A DNA stretch of 64,000 bases from contig CAVXPZ010000001.1 of the NCBI GenBank assembly GCA_963763775.1, positions 608,001 to 672,000 of the forward strand, in the 5' to 3' direction. Below, piece by piece: positions 8,987 through 19,985 of this stretch; position 1 is the first letter of the stretch; the number at the start of each line of letters is the position of its first letter. Source of the DNA: an uncultured Chloroflexia bacterium. GTDB taxonomy: Bacteria > Chloroflexota > Limnocylindria > Limnocylindrales > CSP1-4. The notes beneath the pieces were generated by a model. The model saw only the letters and a list, made by a program, of their open reading frames with translations, was not told the origin of the DNA and made no database searches. A program made the position numbers and the translations under genes.

Positions 8987-10159
8987 TCAGCGGCCCTTGC
9001 CGAGCAGCGACCGCGCCAACACGAGACGTTGGATCTGCTGAGTCCCCTCGTACAGCTGGGTGATCTTCGCGTCGCGCATCATCCGCTCGACGGGGAACTC
9101 ATCGATATAGCCGTATCCGCCCATGACCTGGACGGCATCGGTCGTGACCCGCATCGCGGTGTCGCCGGCCACGAGTTTACACATCGCCGACCACCGGCCG
9201 GCGTCCGGGGCTCCGGCGTCGATCTCGACGCACGCCTTGTACAGGAGCTGGCGTGCCGCCTCGGTCCCGGCGTCCATGTCGGCGAGCATCGCCCCGACCA
9301 TCTGGAAGTCGCCGATGCGCTGCCCGAACTGCTTGCGCTCCTTCGCGTACGCGGTGGCCGCTTCGAGCGCGCCCTGGGCGATCCCGACGGCCTGGGCCGC
9401 GATCCCCGGCCGGCTCCGGTCGAGCGTGCGCATCGCGAGGTCGAACCCCTCGCCCTCCGCCCCGATCCGGTTCGCCGCCGGGACCCTCACGCCCTCGAAG
9501 GTGAGCTCGGCCGTGGGACTGCCCCGGAGACCCATCTTGTGTTCGAGCCGAGCGACCGCGAACCCGGCGGTCGGCACCTCGACGATGAAGCACGACATCC
9601 GCCGGTGGCGGGTGGCATCGGGGTTCGTGACCGCGAAGACCGTGACGAGATCGGCGACCGATCCCTGGCTGATGAAGCGCTTGGATCCGGTGAGCACGTA
9701 GTCGTCGCCGTCGCGCACCGCCCGCGTCCGGCCGGCCGCCGCATCGGAGCCGGCCTCGGCCTCGGTCAGGGCGAAGGCGATCAGACGTTCGCCGGTCGCC
9801 AGGCTCGGGACCCACCGGGCGTGCTGCTCCGCCGTCCCGGCCATGAGGAGCGGCAGGGCGGCCAGCTCCTGCACCGCCAGGATGAGCCCGGTCGTGGCAC
9901 AGGCGCGGCTCAACTGTTCGATGGCGAGGCAGATCGTCAGCAGGTCGGCGCCCAGCCCGCCGTGTTCGACCGGGAACGGCAGCGCGAAGATGTCGTTCGC
10001 CGCCAGCAGGTCCTTGATGTCCCACGGGAACTCGGCGGCCCGATCGACCTCGGCGGCGCGTGGGGCGACCCGCTCGTCGGCGAGGACCCGGACGGCATCG
10101 CGCATGAGGCGCTGGTCCTCGGTCAGGCGATAGGTCGGCGGCTCGGTCGGCGTGGTCAC
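8987..10159 (-). CDS. Acyl-CoA dehydrogenase
   Basis: FALTEAEAGSD, GSKRFIS, KMGLRGS, R.QFG, GGYGY, IYEGT-like LYEGT motifs. Confidence 0.95.
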   Translation of the reverse strand: MTTPTEPPTYRLTEDQRLMRDAVRVLADERVAPRAAEVDRAAEFPWDIKDLLAANDIFALPFPVEHGGLGADLLTICLAIEQLSRACATTGLILAVQELAALPLLMAGTAEQHARWVPSLATGERLIAFALTEAEAGSDAAAGRTRAVRDGDDYVLTGSKRFISQGSVADLVTVFAVTNPDATRHRRMSCFIVEVPTAGFAVARLEHKMGLRGSPTAELTFEGVRVPAANRIGAEGEGFDLAMRTLDRSRPGIAAQAVGIAQGALEAATAYAKERKQFGQRIGDFQMVGAMLADMDAGTEAARQLLYKACVEIDAGAPDAGRWSAMCKLVAGDTAMRVTTDAVQVMGGYGYIDEFPVERMMRDAKITQLYEGTQQIQRLVLARSLLGKGR

Positions 10160-10324
10160 CGGGACCATCCTATCCGGTCCTGCGAGGTGTCCGAGGCACC
10201 CGGATGGCGGAGCGGTGGCGTCCGGTGGGGTCGTGGGGCGTTGGCGGTCGGGGCGGCCCGACGTACGCTGGTGGTGCCGTCGTCGAGCGAGACGTCGGCG
10301 TGATCCAGCCGTCGCGGGGAGAGG

Positions 10325-10552
10325 GTGATGGACACGGATTCGGGATTGCTGCTGCTCGTCGGGGCCGCGGCCGTCGGCATCGTCGGGACGATCGGGATCC
10401 TTCGTCGCGAACGCCTCCAGACGGAGGCCGCGGGCCGTGAGAGCCCGTTCGCCGTCAGCACGGAGGGCATGAAGCGCTGCCCGTCGTGCGGCACGGGAAA
10501 CCTGGTCACCGACGCGACCTGCTCGACCTGCGGGAAGACCCTACCCGGCTGA
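10325..10552 (+). CDS. Small membrane protein with C-terminal zinc ribbon
   Basis: TM helix followed by CPSC...CSTC. Confidence 0.7.
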   Translation: MMDTDSGLLLLVGAAAVGIVGTIGILRRERLQTEAAGRESPFAVSTEGMKRCPSCGTGNLVTDATCSTCGKTLPG

Positions 10553-12254
10553 CGCCTCCGGCGGTCGCGCCACCGGCAGCTCCAGGGAGCTCGGGTGCTC
10601 GATGTCGTGATGGATCGTCACGTGGGCCACGCGCGCGTCCTCGCCCGACTCGAGGGCGACGACCCCGCCGCCGTGGTAGTTCTGCTGCCAGTAGATGGAG
10701 TTCGGCGCCTTGATCACGAGGCGCAGACGGCTGCCGACCGCGATCCGGTGGCAGAAGAAGCGGAACCGGTCGAAGGTGTACGGCAGGATCGCGCCCGGTT
10801 CGACGAGCCGCTCGGCCCGCAGGCCGTCGCGGTACCGGGCACGCGCGATGGTCTCCGTCAGCAGCCGGCTCGAGCCGTCGAGGGCGACCTCGGAGAGCTG
10901 CAGATGGAAGTCCGTGTCCGGCACGTCCATCGAGATCCATGCCTCGACCCTGACCTCGCCCGTCACGTCGGTGGCCGCCTCGAACGGCGCCGAGTGGTAG
11001 ACCACGCCGGCGTCGAACAGGTTGACGGCGTACCGCTGGTCCACCAGGTAGCGCTCGAACGGTTCGCGCTCGATCTCGACGACGCGGTCGTCGAGCGGGT
11101 CGTCGGTGTAGCCGTCCGGCCGGGTATCGGCCGGGGCGTCCGCGAGCGTGCCGGAGTGGAAGACCTCGTTCGCGTGGCCATCGTCGGAGGCGAGATACAA
11201 GCCGCCTGGCGTCCGTCGGGATCGCCTCCAGCGAGGCGGCGTACCGCCACTCCTCGGCGCCGGTGACGTAGTAGGCGACCCGGTCGCGCAGGAACTCGGG
11301 CTTCGGCCCGTCGCGCATCGTCCAGTCGTACCAGGCCGCGTGGAGCGCGTTCAGGTCGACCAGGCTCGCCTCGCCGAACGTCAGGCCGCCGACCTCCCGA
11401 GCCGGCGTGCGCGTCCCGGGGTGGTCCCATGGGCCGATGACCAGGTGGTGGCGGTCCCGGGCCGCGGCCGTCGCGTTCGCCATGTGCTCACGGTAGAAGT
11501 GGAGGGCGCCGGGCTGGTCGTCGTCGTAGTGGCCGGTGATCGTGAGGATGGGGATCTCGATCGCGGCGTGGTCCGACGGGCTGACCGAGATCTCGTCCCA
11601 GTAGGCGTCCTGGGTCGGGTGCGACATGTCCTCGCGGAACCTGGTGGTGACGTTGCCGACCGTCCGCTCGAGCTCGACGTATGGCCGGTGCGACAGCCGA
11701 TGCTCGCGGAACTTCTCGATCCAGAACGCCTGGTCGCCGAACAGGTTCGCGTTCGGGGTCACGCCACTGGTGAACGTCTGCCACTGCATCTCGTACGAGT
11801 ACGCGACGTTGTTCCAGAGCGGGAAGTCGACCGCGGCCGCACAGGACGCCGCCGGGACGATGGTCCGCAGGTGCGGCGGCCGCTCGCGGGCCGTCATCCA
11901 CTGGTCGAACCCGGCATAGGACCCGCCCCACATCGCCACCGACCCGTCGCACCAGGGCTGGTCCGCGAGCCACTCGACGACATCGTGGCCGTCAGGTCCC
12001 TCCCCGCGCATCGGGCGGAACGTGCCACCGGAGTTCCCGCGACCACGGCAATCCACGAGGATGAAGGGGTATCCGAGCCGGGCGAAGGCCGTCGCCCGCT
12101 CGTGGTAGGAGTCGGCGATGTACGGCGTCAGGGTGAAGACCGCGGGCTTGGGGTCGTCGCTCTTCGGCCGGTAGACCGTCGCCGCGAGCGTGATCCCGTC
12201 GCGCATCGGGATCCGGACGCCCCATTCGAACGCGATGCCGTCCGGCTCGGCCAT
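10541..12254 (-). CDS. CocE/NonD family (S15) hydrolase (indel near 11200)
   Basis: IPMRDG..L, TPY, DCRGRGNSGG, GGSYAG, IGPWDH; C-terminal domain in ORF 10541..11200. Confidence 0.9.
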
Positions 12255-14389
12255 CACATGACCGGCAGTCGTCGGTCCGCGGGGGCGGTCGCGATCCGAG
12301 CCGCCAGCAGCTCCGACACGTCCATCGTGGCGACCGCGGCACTCCCACCGTCGCTGGCGGCAGCGAGCCCGTCGCTCAGCATCACCATGCAGAACGGGCA
12401 GGCCGTCGCCACGGTCTCGGCACCGGTCTCGAGGACCTGACGGGTGCGCTCGGCGTTGATGCGCGTCCCGCGATCCTCCTCCATCCACATGCGCCCCCCG
12501 CCGGCGCCGCAACAGAACGTGTTGCGACCGGACTTCGGCATCTCGGTGACGGACACGCCCGCCGCACCGAGCACCTCGCGCGGGGCGGAGACGACGCCGT
12601 TGTAGCGCGCGAGGTAGCAGGAGTCGTGGACGGTGACGCTGCCCGGGCGATGGTCCCCGGTCGACGCGGTCGCGTCCTCGGGCAGCGTGATCAGCCGACC
12701 GGAGGAGACCAGTTCCGCGAGGAACGTCGAGTGGTGCACGACGCGGTAGTCGCCACCGAGTTGGCCGTATTCGTTGCCGAGCGAGTTGAAGCAGTGCGGA
12801 CACGCGGTGACGATCGTCCGCTCCCCCATCCGGTACCGGTCGAGGGTCTCGACGTTCCCCGCGGCGAGCATCTGGAAGACGTAGTCGTTGCCCATCCGCC
12901 GTGCCGGGTCGCCGGTGCACGACTCCTCCTGCCCGAGGATCGCGAACGGGACGCCCGCGGCGTGGAGGCACGTGGCCACCGCGCGGGCGACCTTCTGGTT
13001 ACGGGGGTCGAACGCCGCGGCGCAGCCGACCCAGTAGAGGACCTCGAGCGAGTCGAGTCGACCCGCTGCGGCAACGGCCGCGACCGTCTCGACCTCGAAC
13101 TCCAGCGGCTTCGTCCACTCGAGCCGCGCGGAGGCCGGTTGCCCCCACGGGTTGCCCTGGTTCTCCATCGCCCGGAACGCGCCGGTCAGCTCCTGCGGGA
13201 AGCGCGAATCCTCGAGGACCAGGTTCCGGCGGAGGCCGACGATCTTGTCCACGTGCTCGATCAGGACCGGGCAGGCCTCCACGCACGCCCCGCACGTGAC
13301 GCAGTCCCAGACGGCGTCGTACGGGATGGCGTTGTCGACGATCGGGGCTGCCAGCGCCTTGGCATCGGGCGTGGTGTCGTCGAGGCCGTACGTGTCGCGG
13401 ACGATCGGCGAGTTCGGGATGATGTCGATCCCGTGCTCCGCATCGATGGACATATGGCGGATGCCCATGATGAGTTCCTTGGGGTTGAGCGGTTTCCCCG
13501 TGTTCCAGGCCGGGCATGCCTCCTGGCAGCGGCCGCACTCCGTGCACGTGAACCCGTCGAGCAGGTCCTTCCAGCCCAGGTCCTGGAGGGTGCGCAGCCC
13601 GAACGAGGCGTCCTCGGCCTCCAGGTCGAGCTTGGGGAGCTCCCCGCGCGGCGCGAGCTTGCGGAACCAGATGTTCGGAAACGCGGTGGCGATGTGGAGG
13701 TGCTTGCTGAACGGCAGGTAGCAGAGGAACGCGGCGACCAGCAGGATGTGGCCCCACCACAGGATCGCGAAGCCAGCCTCAAGGACCGGCGTCGAGAGGG
13801 AGCGCAGCGGCACCGCGATGGCGTCGGCCACGAAGGCCCCCGGCACGTCCCCGTAGAGGGCCGCCTCGAACGCCTGGGCGAACAGCTCGGTCGCGACCAC
13901 GCCGCCGATCATCGAGAGGATGACCAGGGCGTCGCGGTTGTAGGTGAGGCGTTGGGGTTTCGTGATGAGGCGGCGCACGAACGCCCAGCCGATCGCGGCG
14001 AGGACGATCACCGCCACGACGTTCTGCATGGCGCTGATCAGCGTCCACAGGAGGCCGTCGAACGGGATCGACAGGACGACCTCGATCAGTCCGCCGGTGA
14101 CGATGTTCGCCGTCCCGATCGTGAGGAGGACGAAGCCCCAGAAGATCCCCGCATGCATGACCCCGGCGGCCGGGTCCTTGAACATCTTGCGCTGGACGAA
14201 CGCGTAGTTCACCAGGCCGCCGAGCCGGCGTCCGACGTCGGCGAACGGGCTCGGGCCGGCGGTCCGCGCCGCGGCGAAGACGCGGAGGTGGCGCGCCATC
14301 GCGAGGCAGAAGAACGCCGCGGCGCCCCAGAACACGGGGAACACCAGGAGGTAGGCGGGGACGTTCTCGAACGTGCCGAAGATCGTCAC
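12254..14389 (-). CDS. Membrane Fe-S oxidoreductase, FadF/HdrD-like (NarI-like membrane domain, 2x[4Fe-4S], CCG domains)
   Basis: TM region with SKHLH, CTECGRCQEACP, CVTCGACVEACP, TACPHC, HDSCY, CCGAGGG, ACPFC. Confidence 0.9.
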   Translation of the reverse strand: MTIFGTFENVPAYLLVFPVFWGAAAFFCLAMARHLRVFAAARTAGPSPFADVGRRLGGLVNYAFVQRKMFKDPAAGVMHAGIFWGFVLLTIGTANIVTGGLIEVVLSIPFDGLLWTLISAMQNVVAVIVLAAIGWAFVRRLITKPQRLTYNRDALVILSMIGGVVATELFAQAFEAALYGDVPGAFVADAIAVPLRSLSTPVLEAGFAILWWGHILLVAAFLCYLPFSKHLHIATAFPNIWFRKLAPRGELPKLDLEAEDASFGLRTLQDLGWKDLLDGFTCTECGRCQEACPAWNTGKPLNPKELIMGIRHMSIDAEHGIDIIPNSPIVRDTYGLDDTTPDAKALAAPIVDNAIPYDAVWDCVTCGACVEACPVLIEHVDKIVGLRRNLVLEDSRFPQELTGAFRAMENQGNPWGQPASARLEWTKPLEFEVETVAAVAAAGRLDSLEVLYWVGCAAAFDPRNQKVARAVATCLHAAGVPFAILGQEESCTGDPARRMGNDYVFQMLAAGNVETLDRYRMGERTIVTACPHCFNSLGNEYGQLGGDYRVVHHSTFLAELVSSGRLITLPEDATASTGDHRPGSVTVHDSCYLARYNGVVSAPREVLGAAGVSVTEMPKSGRNTFCCGAGGGRMWMEEDRGTRINAERTRQVLETGAETVATACPFCMVMLSDGLAAASDGGSAAVATMDVSELLAARIATAPADRRLPVM

Positions 14390-14393
14390 GGTC

Positions 14394-14883
14394 TCACCCG
14401 TGGTCGTGCGGACCCGCGAGGGTCTCGAGGGCGTGGTCGAGGACCGACGCGATCGCGTCGAGCGATTCGAGGGCGCCCTTCGGGCTGCCGGGGACGTTCA
14501 CGACGAGCGAGCGCCCGATGACGCCGACGACGGCCCGCGACAGGTCCGCGAGCGGGGTCGCCGCCCGCCCGGCGGCGCGCATCGCCTCGCGCGAGACCCG
14601 GGACCTGGTAGTCGATGACCGCGAGGGTCGCCTGCGGCGTCACGTCGCGCGGCGTGAGGCCGGTCCCGCCGGTCGTGACGACGAGCGGGTGACGCGCGGC
14701 GCCGGCACGGAGCGCGGCCTCGATGGCGACCTGGTCATCGGGCACGAGGATACGCTCCACGGCGTACCCGAGATCGGTCAGTCGCGCGTCCAGCGCGTCC
14801 CCGGAGGCATCCTGGCGGACCCCCGCCGCCGCGCCGTCGCTGCACGTGATGACCGCCGCCGAACGGTGCGCCGGTCCGCTCAC
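14394..14883 (-). CDS. MogA/MoaB molybdenum cofactor biosynthesis protein (indel near 14590)
   Basis: TTGGTGLTPRDVTPQA, LSR..VGV, NVPGSPKG. Confidence 0.88.
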
Positions 14884-15497
14884 CGGGCGCGCTTCTGCTT
14901 GGACCCCACCCGACCCGCCGCGCGATCCCCCGGCCTCGGCCGAGGGCGCGGCGCGGGCGCGCCACCGGGAGGACCGTCGTCGCGGCGCTCCCACGTCCCG
15001 CTCTTGCCGCCGGTCTTCGAGATGAGCCGGACCGCCCGGATCTCGACGCCGCGCTCGACCCCCTTGACCATGTCGTAGACGGTCAGCGCCGCGATCGAGG
15101 CGGCCGTCATGGCCTCCATCTCGACGCCGGTCGGCCCCGTGGTGGCGGCCTCCGCGCGGACGCGCAGCACGCCCTCGGCTCGGTCGGGGGTGATCGCCAC
15201 GACGAGATCGGTCAGCGCGAGCGGGTGGCAGAGCGGGATGAGGTCACTGGTCCGCTTCGCCCCCATCACCCCGGCGAGCTCGGCCACACCGAGGACATCG
15301 CCCTTCGGGCCGCCGCCGTCGATCACCAGGCTCATCGTCTCGGGCGAGACCGCGACAAGCGCCTCGGCGATGGCGCGTCGAGCCGTCGGCGGCTTGGCGG
15401 ACACGTCCACCATCCGCGGCCGGCCGCTGCGGTCGACGTGCGTGAGGCGGCGGCGCTCGGTGCGCGGGGCTCGGTGTCCGTCGGGTCGCGGGTCCAT
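14880..15497 (-). CDS. moaC: Cyclic pyranopterin monophosphate synthase
   Basis: MVDVSAK, LIPLCHPL, TGVEMEA, YDMVKG, KTGGKSG. Confidence 0.95.
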   Translation of the reverse strand: MDPRPDGHRAPRTERRRLTHVDRSGRPRMVDVSAKPPTARRAIAEALVAVSPETMSLVIDGGGPKGDVLGVAELAGVMGAKRTSDLIPLCHPLALTDLVVAITPDRAEGVLRVRAEAATTGPTGVEMEAMTAASIAALTVYDMVKGVERGVEIRAVRLISKTGGKSGTWERRDDGPPGGAPAPRPRPRPGDRAAGRVGSKQKRAR

Positions 15498-15508
15498 CGG
15501 TCCTCCGG

Positions 15509-16852
15509 TCAGGGTCGGTCGAGCCACCATAGCGCGACGTCGGCACCCGCGGGCAGCCCGGCGACATCCTCCGGGACGATCGCGAGCGCATCGGCGATCG
15601 CCAGCGCGGAGATCACGTGACTCCCCTGCCCTCGCGAGCCCCCGGCGAGATGCACGTGCGCCCGGCCCGCCGCGTCACGGACGACGCCGCCATCCGCGTC
15701 GCGCTCGGCGACCACGCGGATGAACGCGCGCCGCCCTTCGCTCTTCGTGACGGCTTCATCGAGGACGGCCCGGTCGGACGGCCGCAGCAGGTCGTGGCGG
15801 CCGCTGAGCGAGCGGATCGCCGGCCGCACGAAGAGCTCGAAGGTCACGGCGCTCGAGACGGGGTTCCCGGGCAGTCCGAGGATCAGCACGGGCCGGCCGC
15901 CAGTCCGCCGCGGCGCCGTCCCGAACGCGAAGGGTTTGCCGGGCTGGACCGCGACGCGCCAGAGGTCCACCGTCCCGATGGTCTCCATGGCGGTCTTGAC
16001 CACGTCGAACGGCCCGACCGAGACGCCGCCGGACACGATGATCAGGTCAGCCCCGGCGTCGAGCGCCTGCTGGAGGCGGGCGAGCACGTCGTCGAGCACG
16101 TCCCGGGCGATCCCGAGGTCGATGACGTCCGCCCCCGCGGTCGTCGCGAGCGCGCGAAGGCTCGGGCCGTTCGCGTCGGGGATGCCGGCCGCCCCGAGCG
16201 GCTCGCCGGGACGCCGGACCTCGTCGCCCGTCGCCAGGACGGCCACGCGCGGCCGGCGGTGGACGTCGATCTCGTCGACGCCGGCGCCGGCAAGCAGGGC
16301 GACCATCGCGGCGCCGATGGGCGCCCCGGGCTCCGCCAGCACCGCGTCGGCGCGGAGGTCGCTGCCCTCGGGTCGGATCGAGCCACCCGGGGGCACCGCC
16401 TCGTGCACGAGGATCGCGGCCGGCAGCGGGCCGGCGGCCTCACGCCCTCGCGGGCCGGCGGCGTCCGCGGCGTCCAGCGGCGTCGTGGCCTCGACCGGGA
16501 CGACCGCGTCGGAACCGTCCGGGACACGCGCGCCCGTCGCGATGCGGACGGCGGTCCCGGGCCGCACGGAGACATCGGGGGCGACGCCGGCGCGGACCTC
16601 GCCGACGACCGCGAGGCGTGCCGGCGCGTCCTCCGTCGCCGTCGTCGTGTCGGCCGCGACGATCGCATAGCCGTCCATCGCCGAGTTCGGCCACGGCGGG
16701 AGCGAGGTCCGCGCGACGACGGTCCGTGCGACGACTCGCCCGAGCGAATCGGTGACCAGGACACGCTCCGCCGGCAACGGGTCGGCCGCCGCCAGGACGC
16801 GGTCCCGCGCCGCCTCGACGCTGAGCATCCGACCGGCGCCAGCCGTGTTCAC
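15509..16852 (-). CDS. moeA: Molybdopterin molybdotransferase
   Basis: SAMDGYA, IATGA.VP, TGDEV, SGGVSVG, PGKP, LPGNPVS. Confidence 0.93.
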   Translation of the reverse strand: MNTAGAGRMLSVEAARDRVLAAADPLPAERVLVTDSLGRVVARTVVARTSLPPWPNSAMDGYAIVAADTTTATEDAPARLAVVGEVRAGVAPDVSVRPGTAVRIATGARVPDGSDAVVPVEATTPLDAADAAGPRGREAAGPLPAAILVHEAVPPGGSIRPEGSDLRADAVLAEPGAPIGAAMVALLAGAGVDEIDVHRRPRVAVLATGDEVRRPGEPLGAAGIPDANGPSLRALATTAGADVIDLGIARDVLDDVLARLQQALDAGADLIIVSGGVSVGPFDVVKTAMETIGTVDLWRVAVQPGKPFAFGTAPRRTGGRPVLILGLPGNPVSSAVTFELFVRPAIRSLSGRHDLLRPSDRAVLDEAVTKSEGRRAFIRVVAERDADGGVVRDAAGRAHVHLAGGSRGQGSHVISALAIADALAIVPEDVAGLPAGADVALWWLDRP

Positions 16853-17987
16853 CATCCGGCGATCCCCGACTCGGACGCGCGCGCCCGGAGCACGTCCGCG
16901 ATGGACCGGCGCATGACCATCCCGGACAGCACGCCGTCCTCCACGACCGGCAGCCCGTCGAGGCTCGACCGCGCCAGGTCGTCGATCGCGGACTGGACCG
17001 TCGTCGCCGGCCCCACGATCGGCAGGGCATTCCCGCTCGACCATCACGTCCTCGACCCGCGTCGAGGCCCACCGGTCCGGTCGGACCTTGCGCAGCTGCC
17101 GGGCGCCGATGATCCCGAGCAGCTCGGTCCCGCGCATCACCGGGAGCGCCATGGCCGCCGAGCCGCCGAGCACCTGGCTCGCGAACGTGTCGATGCTGAG
17201 GCCGGGCGAGACCGCCGCGACATCGCGGTCCATGACATCCCGGACGAACAGGCCGTCGAGGACCGCGTCGATCCCCGCGCGCCGTTCGACGCCGCGAGCC
17301 GTGGAGGTCAGGAACCACCCACCGAGGGCGATCATCAGCCCGTCGAGCGGCTCGAGCACGAAGATCCCGACCACCCCGAGGACGGCGATCACGAGCCCGA
17401 CGGACCGCCCGACGGCCGCAGCCGACCCGAGGGCCGACCGTGCGTCGCCCGACCGCGCCCAGGCGATGGCCCGTACGACCCGGCCGCCGTCCAGCGGGTA
17501 GGCCGGCAGCAGGTTCAGCAGGCCGAGGGCGACATCCAGCGTCCCGACGATGAGGGCGGTGCTGCCGACGGCGGTCGCGATCGGCGTGTCGGTGGCGTCC
17601 ACCGCAGCGGCCACGACCAGCAACGCGGCACCGATGGCCAGGCTCGCGAGCGGTCCGGCGAGCGCGGCGGCGATCTCGTCGCGTGGACGCGTCGTCTCGA
17701 GCGCGGGCGTGGCGGCCGCGCCGAGGAAGTACACGACGACCGACGGTCGTCTTCGCGCCGCGACGCCTCGCCACGAGGGCGTGCGCCACCTCGTGGACGA
17801 CGGCCGAGAGCAGGAACCCGACCGCGACCGCCACGCCGATGCCCCAACGCATGGCCGTGGAGGTCACCGGGTCCACGACGCCGACCTGGGACGCGACGGT
17901 GACCACGATGAGCGCGAGGATGATCGCCCACGAGGCATGGACGCGGATCGAGAGGCCCGCGATGCGGCCGAGCGGGAACGTGCTCAT
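16849..17987 (-). CDS. Site-2 protease (M50) with CBS domains (indels near 17030 and 17745)
   Basis: HEVAH (HExxH), AGP, NLLPAYPLDGG, VRDVM/VEDVM CBS motifs. Confidence 0.85.
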
Positions 17988-18680
17988 CCGGGCGCCGGGG
18001 CGATCGCCGCCGCGTCGGCCGCCGCGATCGGCGCCGGTGCGTCGCTCGCGGCGCGACGCGATGAACGCCACGATCACGCACAGCGCGAGGATCACGATCC
18101 CGACGACGATGGCGGTCTCCTGCCAGAACTCGAACGGGAAGAGCTGGACGAGGCGGTCCTTCGAAGGGTCGAACGTGTAGGAGCCCGCCGGGAAGAAGAG
18201 CTCGTGGAACGTCTCGAACAGGGTGTCGAAGGCGACGAGCGCCACGATCCCGAGCGCCACGACCCCCACCGCGAGCACCTTCGCGCCGCGTCGGACCGCC
18301 CGCCAGAGCCGGCCGCGATCGCGGACGCGCCAGCCCGCCACCGCGAGGACGACCAGCGAGACGGCCGCGGCGACGTACAGCGCGGCGAAGACATTCCGCA
18401 CGTCACGCATGTGCGCCCGTTCGCGCTCCTCGAGGACCGGGACGCCACCGATCTGGACGTCGAAGGCCGGCGGCCCGATCACCAGGTCGGCGAGGATGGC
18501 GTCGGTCGCGGTTCGGAGGTCCGCCGTGGCGAAGCCCGTCCACGCCTGTGCCTGGGCGCGGTCCTGCTCGAAGCCGACCCACGCCGGGCTCAGGAACGGG
18601 ATGATCGAGGCGGCGATGATCACGAGCATCGTCGCGACGCCGACCGCGACCGAGGTGGCGCGACCGCCGAGGCTACTCAC
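17984..18680 (-). CDS. TIGR01906/DUF1461-like integral membrane protein
   Basis: ERAHMRDVR, FETFHELFF, LVQLFPFEFW motifs. Confidence 0.8.
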
Positions 18681-18708
18681 CGGGTCATCGTAGCCCGAAC
18701 GGCTCGGA

Positions 18709-19098
18709 TCACTCGTCCTCGAGCGTCCTCGCCTGGTCCCACCAGCCCTCCATCGTGAGGTCGCTGGGCGGGTCGGTCCCCAGCTCGTCGGCGGCGACGC
18801 GGAGGCGGGACCGGAAGTCATCGAGCGAGAGGTCGAGGATGGCGCGCAGGCCCTCGATCCCGGCCTGGATGAACAGCTGGTGCTCGTCGGGCCCGAAGCT
18901 CGCGAGGTTGAGCATCAGGGCCTCGTCGCGCCACATCAGCACGTCGTTCGTCGTGGCCGCCAGCTGGTCCGCGAGCGTCTGGCGTCGCGTCGGCGTCTCG
19001 GAGACCTCGAGGAGCAGCCCGGTGGTGAAGATGCCCTGGTGGTCGAGGCGGGCGAGGTGGACGGGCTCGATGCGCGTCAGTTCGTCGATCGGTGGCAT
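18709..19098 (-). CDS. DUF4332-like protein
   Basis: Two HhH-like repeats (IEPVHLARLDHQGIFTT..LL; QAGIEGL), W..QAR ending. Confidence 0.7.
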   Translation of the reverse strand: MPPIDELTRIEPVHLARLDHQGIFTTGLLLEVSETPTRRQTLADQLAATTNDVLMWRDEALMLNLASFGPDEHQLFIQAGIEGLRAILDLSLDDFRSRLRVAADELGTDPPSDLTMEGWWDQARTLEDE

Positions 19099-19210
19099 GC
19101 GCGGATGATGCCATGCGCCGACCCGTGCACGCGCGACGTGCGAGACCGCCGGGAGAGGACCGACCCCGCAGCGCTCGCTGCGGGGTCGGTGGGACGTGGA
19201 GCTGGCGCGG

Positions 19211-19654
19211 TCAGCCGCCGCCCCCGCCGCCCCCGGGGTTGTCGCAGTCGACCTGGAACACCTTCGACTTCGCCTTCGTGTCCGGCTGGCCGTCCTTGCC
19301 GTACATCGTGGTCTTGTACATCCCGGTGCCGAGCTCGATCCCACGCACGATCGCGTAGCCGTCCGCGTCCGCCGGCCCGAACGGCAGCGGCGCGCTGTCG
19401 AGACCGGTCCCACTCTGCACCGAGAACACGACGGACCCCGACTGACCGGGATCGAGCCCGAAGGCCTCCAGACTGAACCCGCAGCCGACCTTCGGCTCGT
19501 TGTTCATCGTGCCTTCCGGCGATGTGGCCTCGGCGACCTTCACGGTGCCGTTGTTGCCGGCCATCGCGCCGCCGGCCGTGACGGCGAAGACCATCGTCGC
19601 GACCGCGATCGCACCAACGAGCCTCCCCGTCCTGCGTGCCGTGGTATCGAGCAT
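19211..19654 (-). CDS. Secreted hypothetical protein
   Basis: Signal peptide ending AMA, GNNGTVK...NEPKVGC...KSKVFQVDC; GGAGG RBS. Confidence 0.7.
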   Translation of the reverse strand: MLDTTARRTGRLVGAIAVATMVFAVTAGGAMAGNNGTVKVAEATSPEGTMNNEPKVGCGFSLEAFGLDPGQSGSVVFSVQSGTGLDSAPLPFGPADADGYAIVRGIELGTGMYKTTMYGKDGQPDTKAKSKVFQVDCDNPGGGGGGG

Positions 19655-19985
19655 GCTGACCTCCAACCCCCGGATGTCAGCGATGGCGCCTGCGATCATC
19701 GCGCGCTCACCATCGCTCGCCCGCCACGATGTCGGCGACGTCACCCGCCGTCGATGCGACTGTCGGGGCGTTCGGTGCCTCCGCGCACCCGACTTGGGTC
19801 CGGGCCACCCGTCCCGCGGTCGGCTCTCCGTCGAGCCCACGGCCGCGGCCTGAGGCCACTGCGGTGCAGTGACGGGCGGAACGGATGGGTAGGGCGACCC
19901 CGGACGATGGTCCGGCGGTCGGTCGGGCTGCACGCCCGGTACCGTCACACCTGGACCCCCCGCCCACCGCTATCGGAGTGTTTCC

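Noticed and set aside
15509-18821. S2P-MoeA and TIGR01906-S2P fusions
   Set aside because: Produced by indels; separate starts and stops with overlap junctions are visible.
19655-19985. Riboswitch in the long divergent intergenic region
   Set aside because: Only generic GC-rich hairpins; I could not recognise any aptamer consensus.
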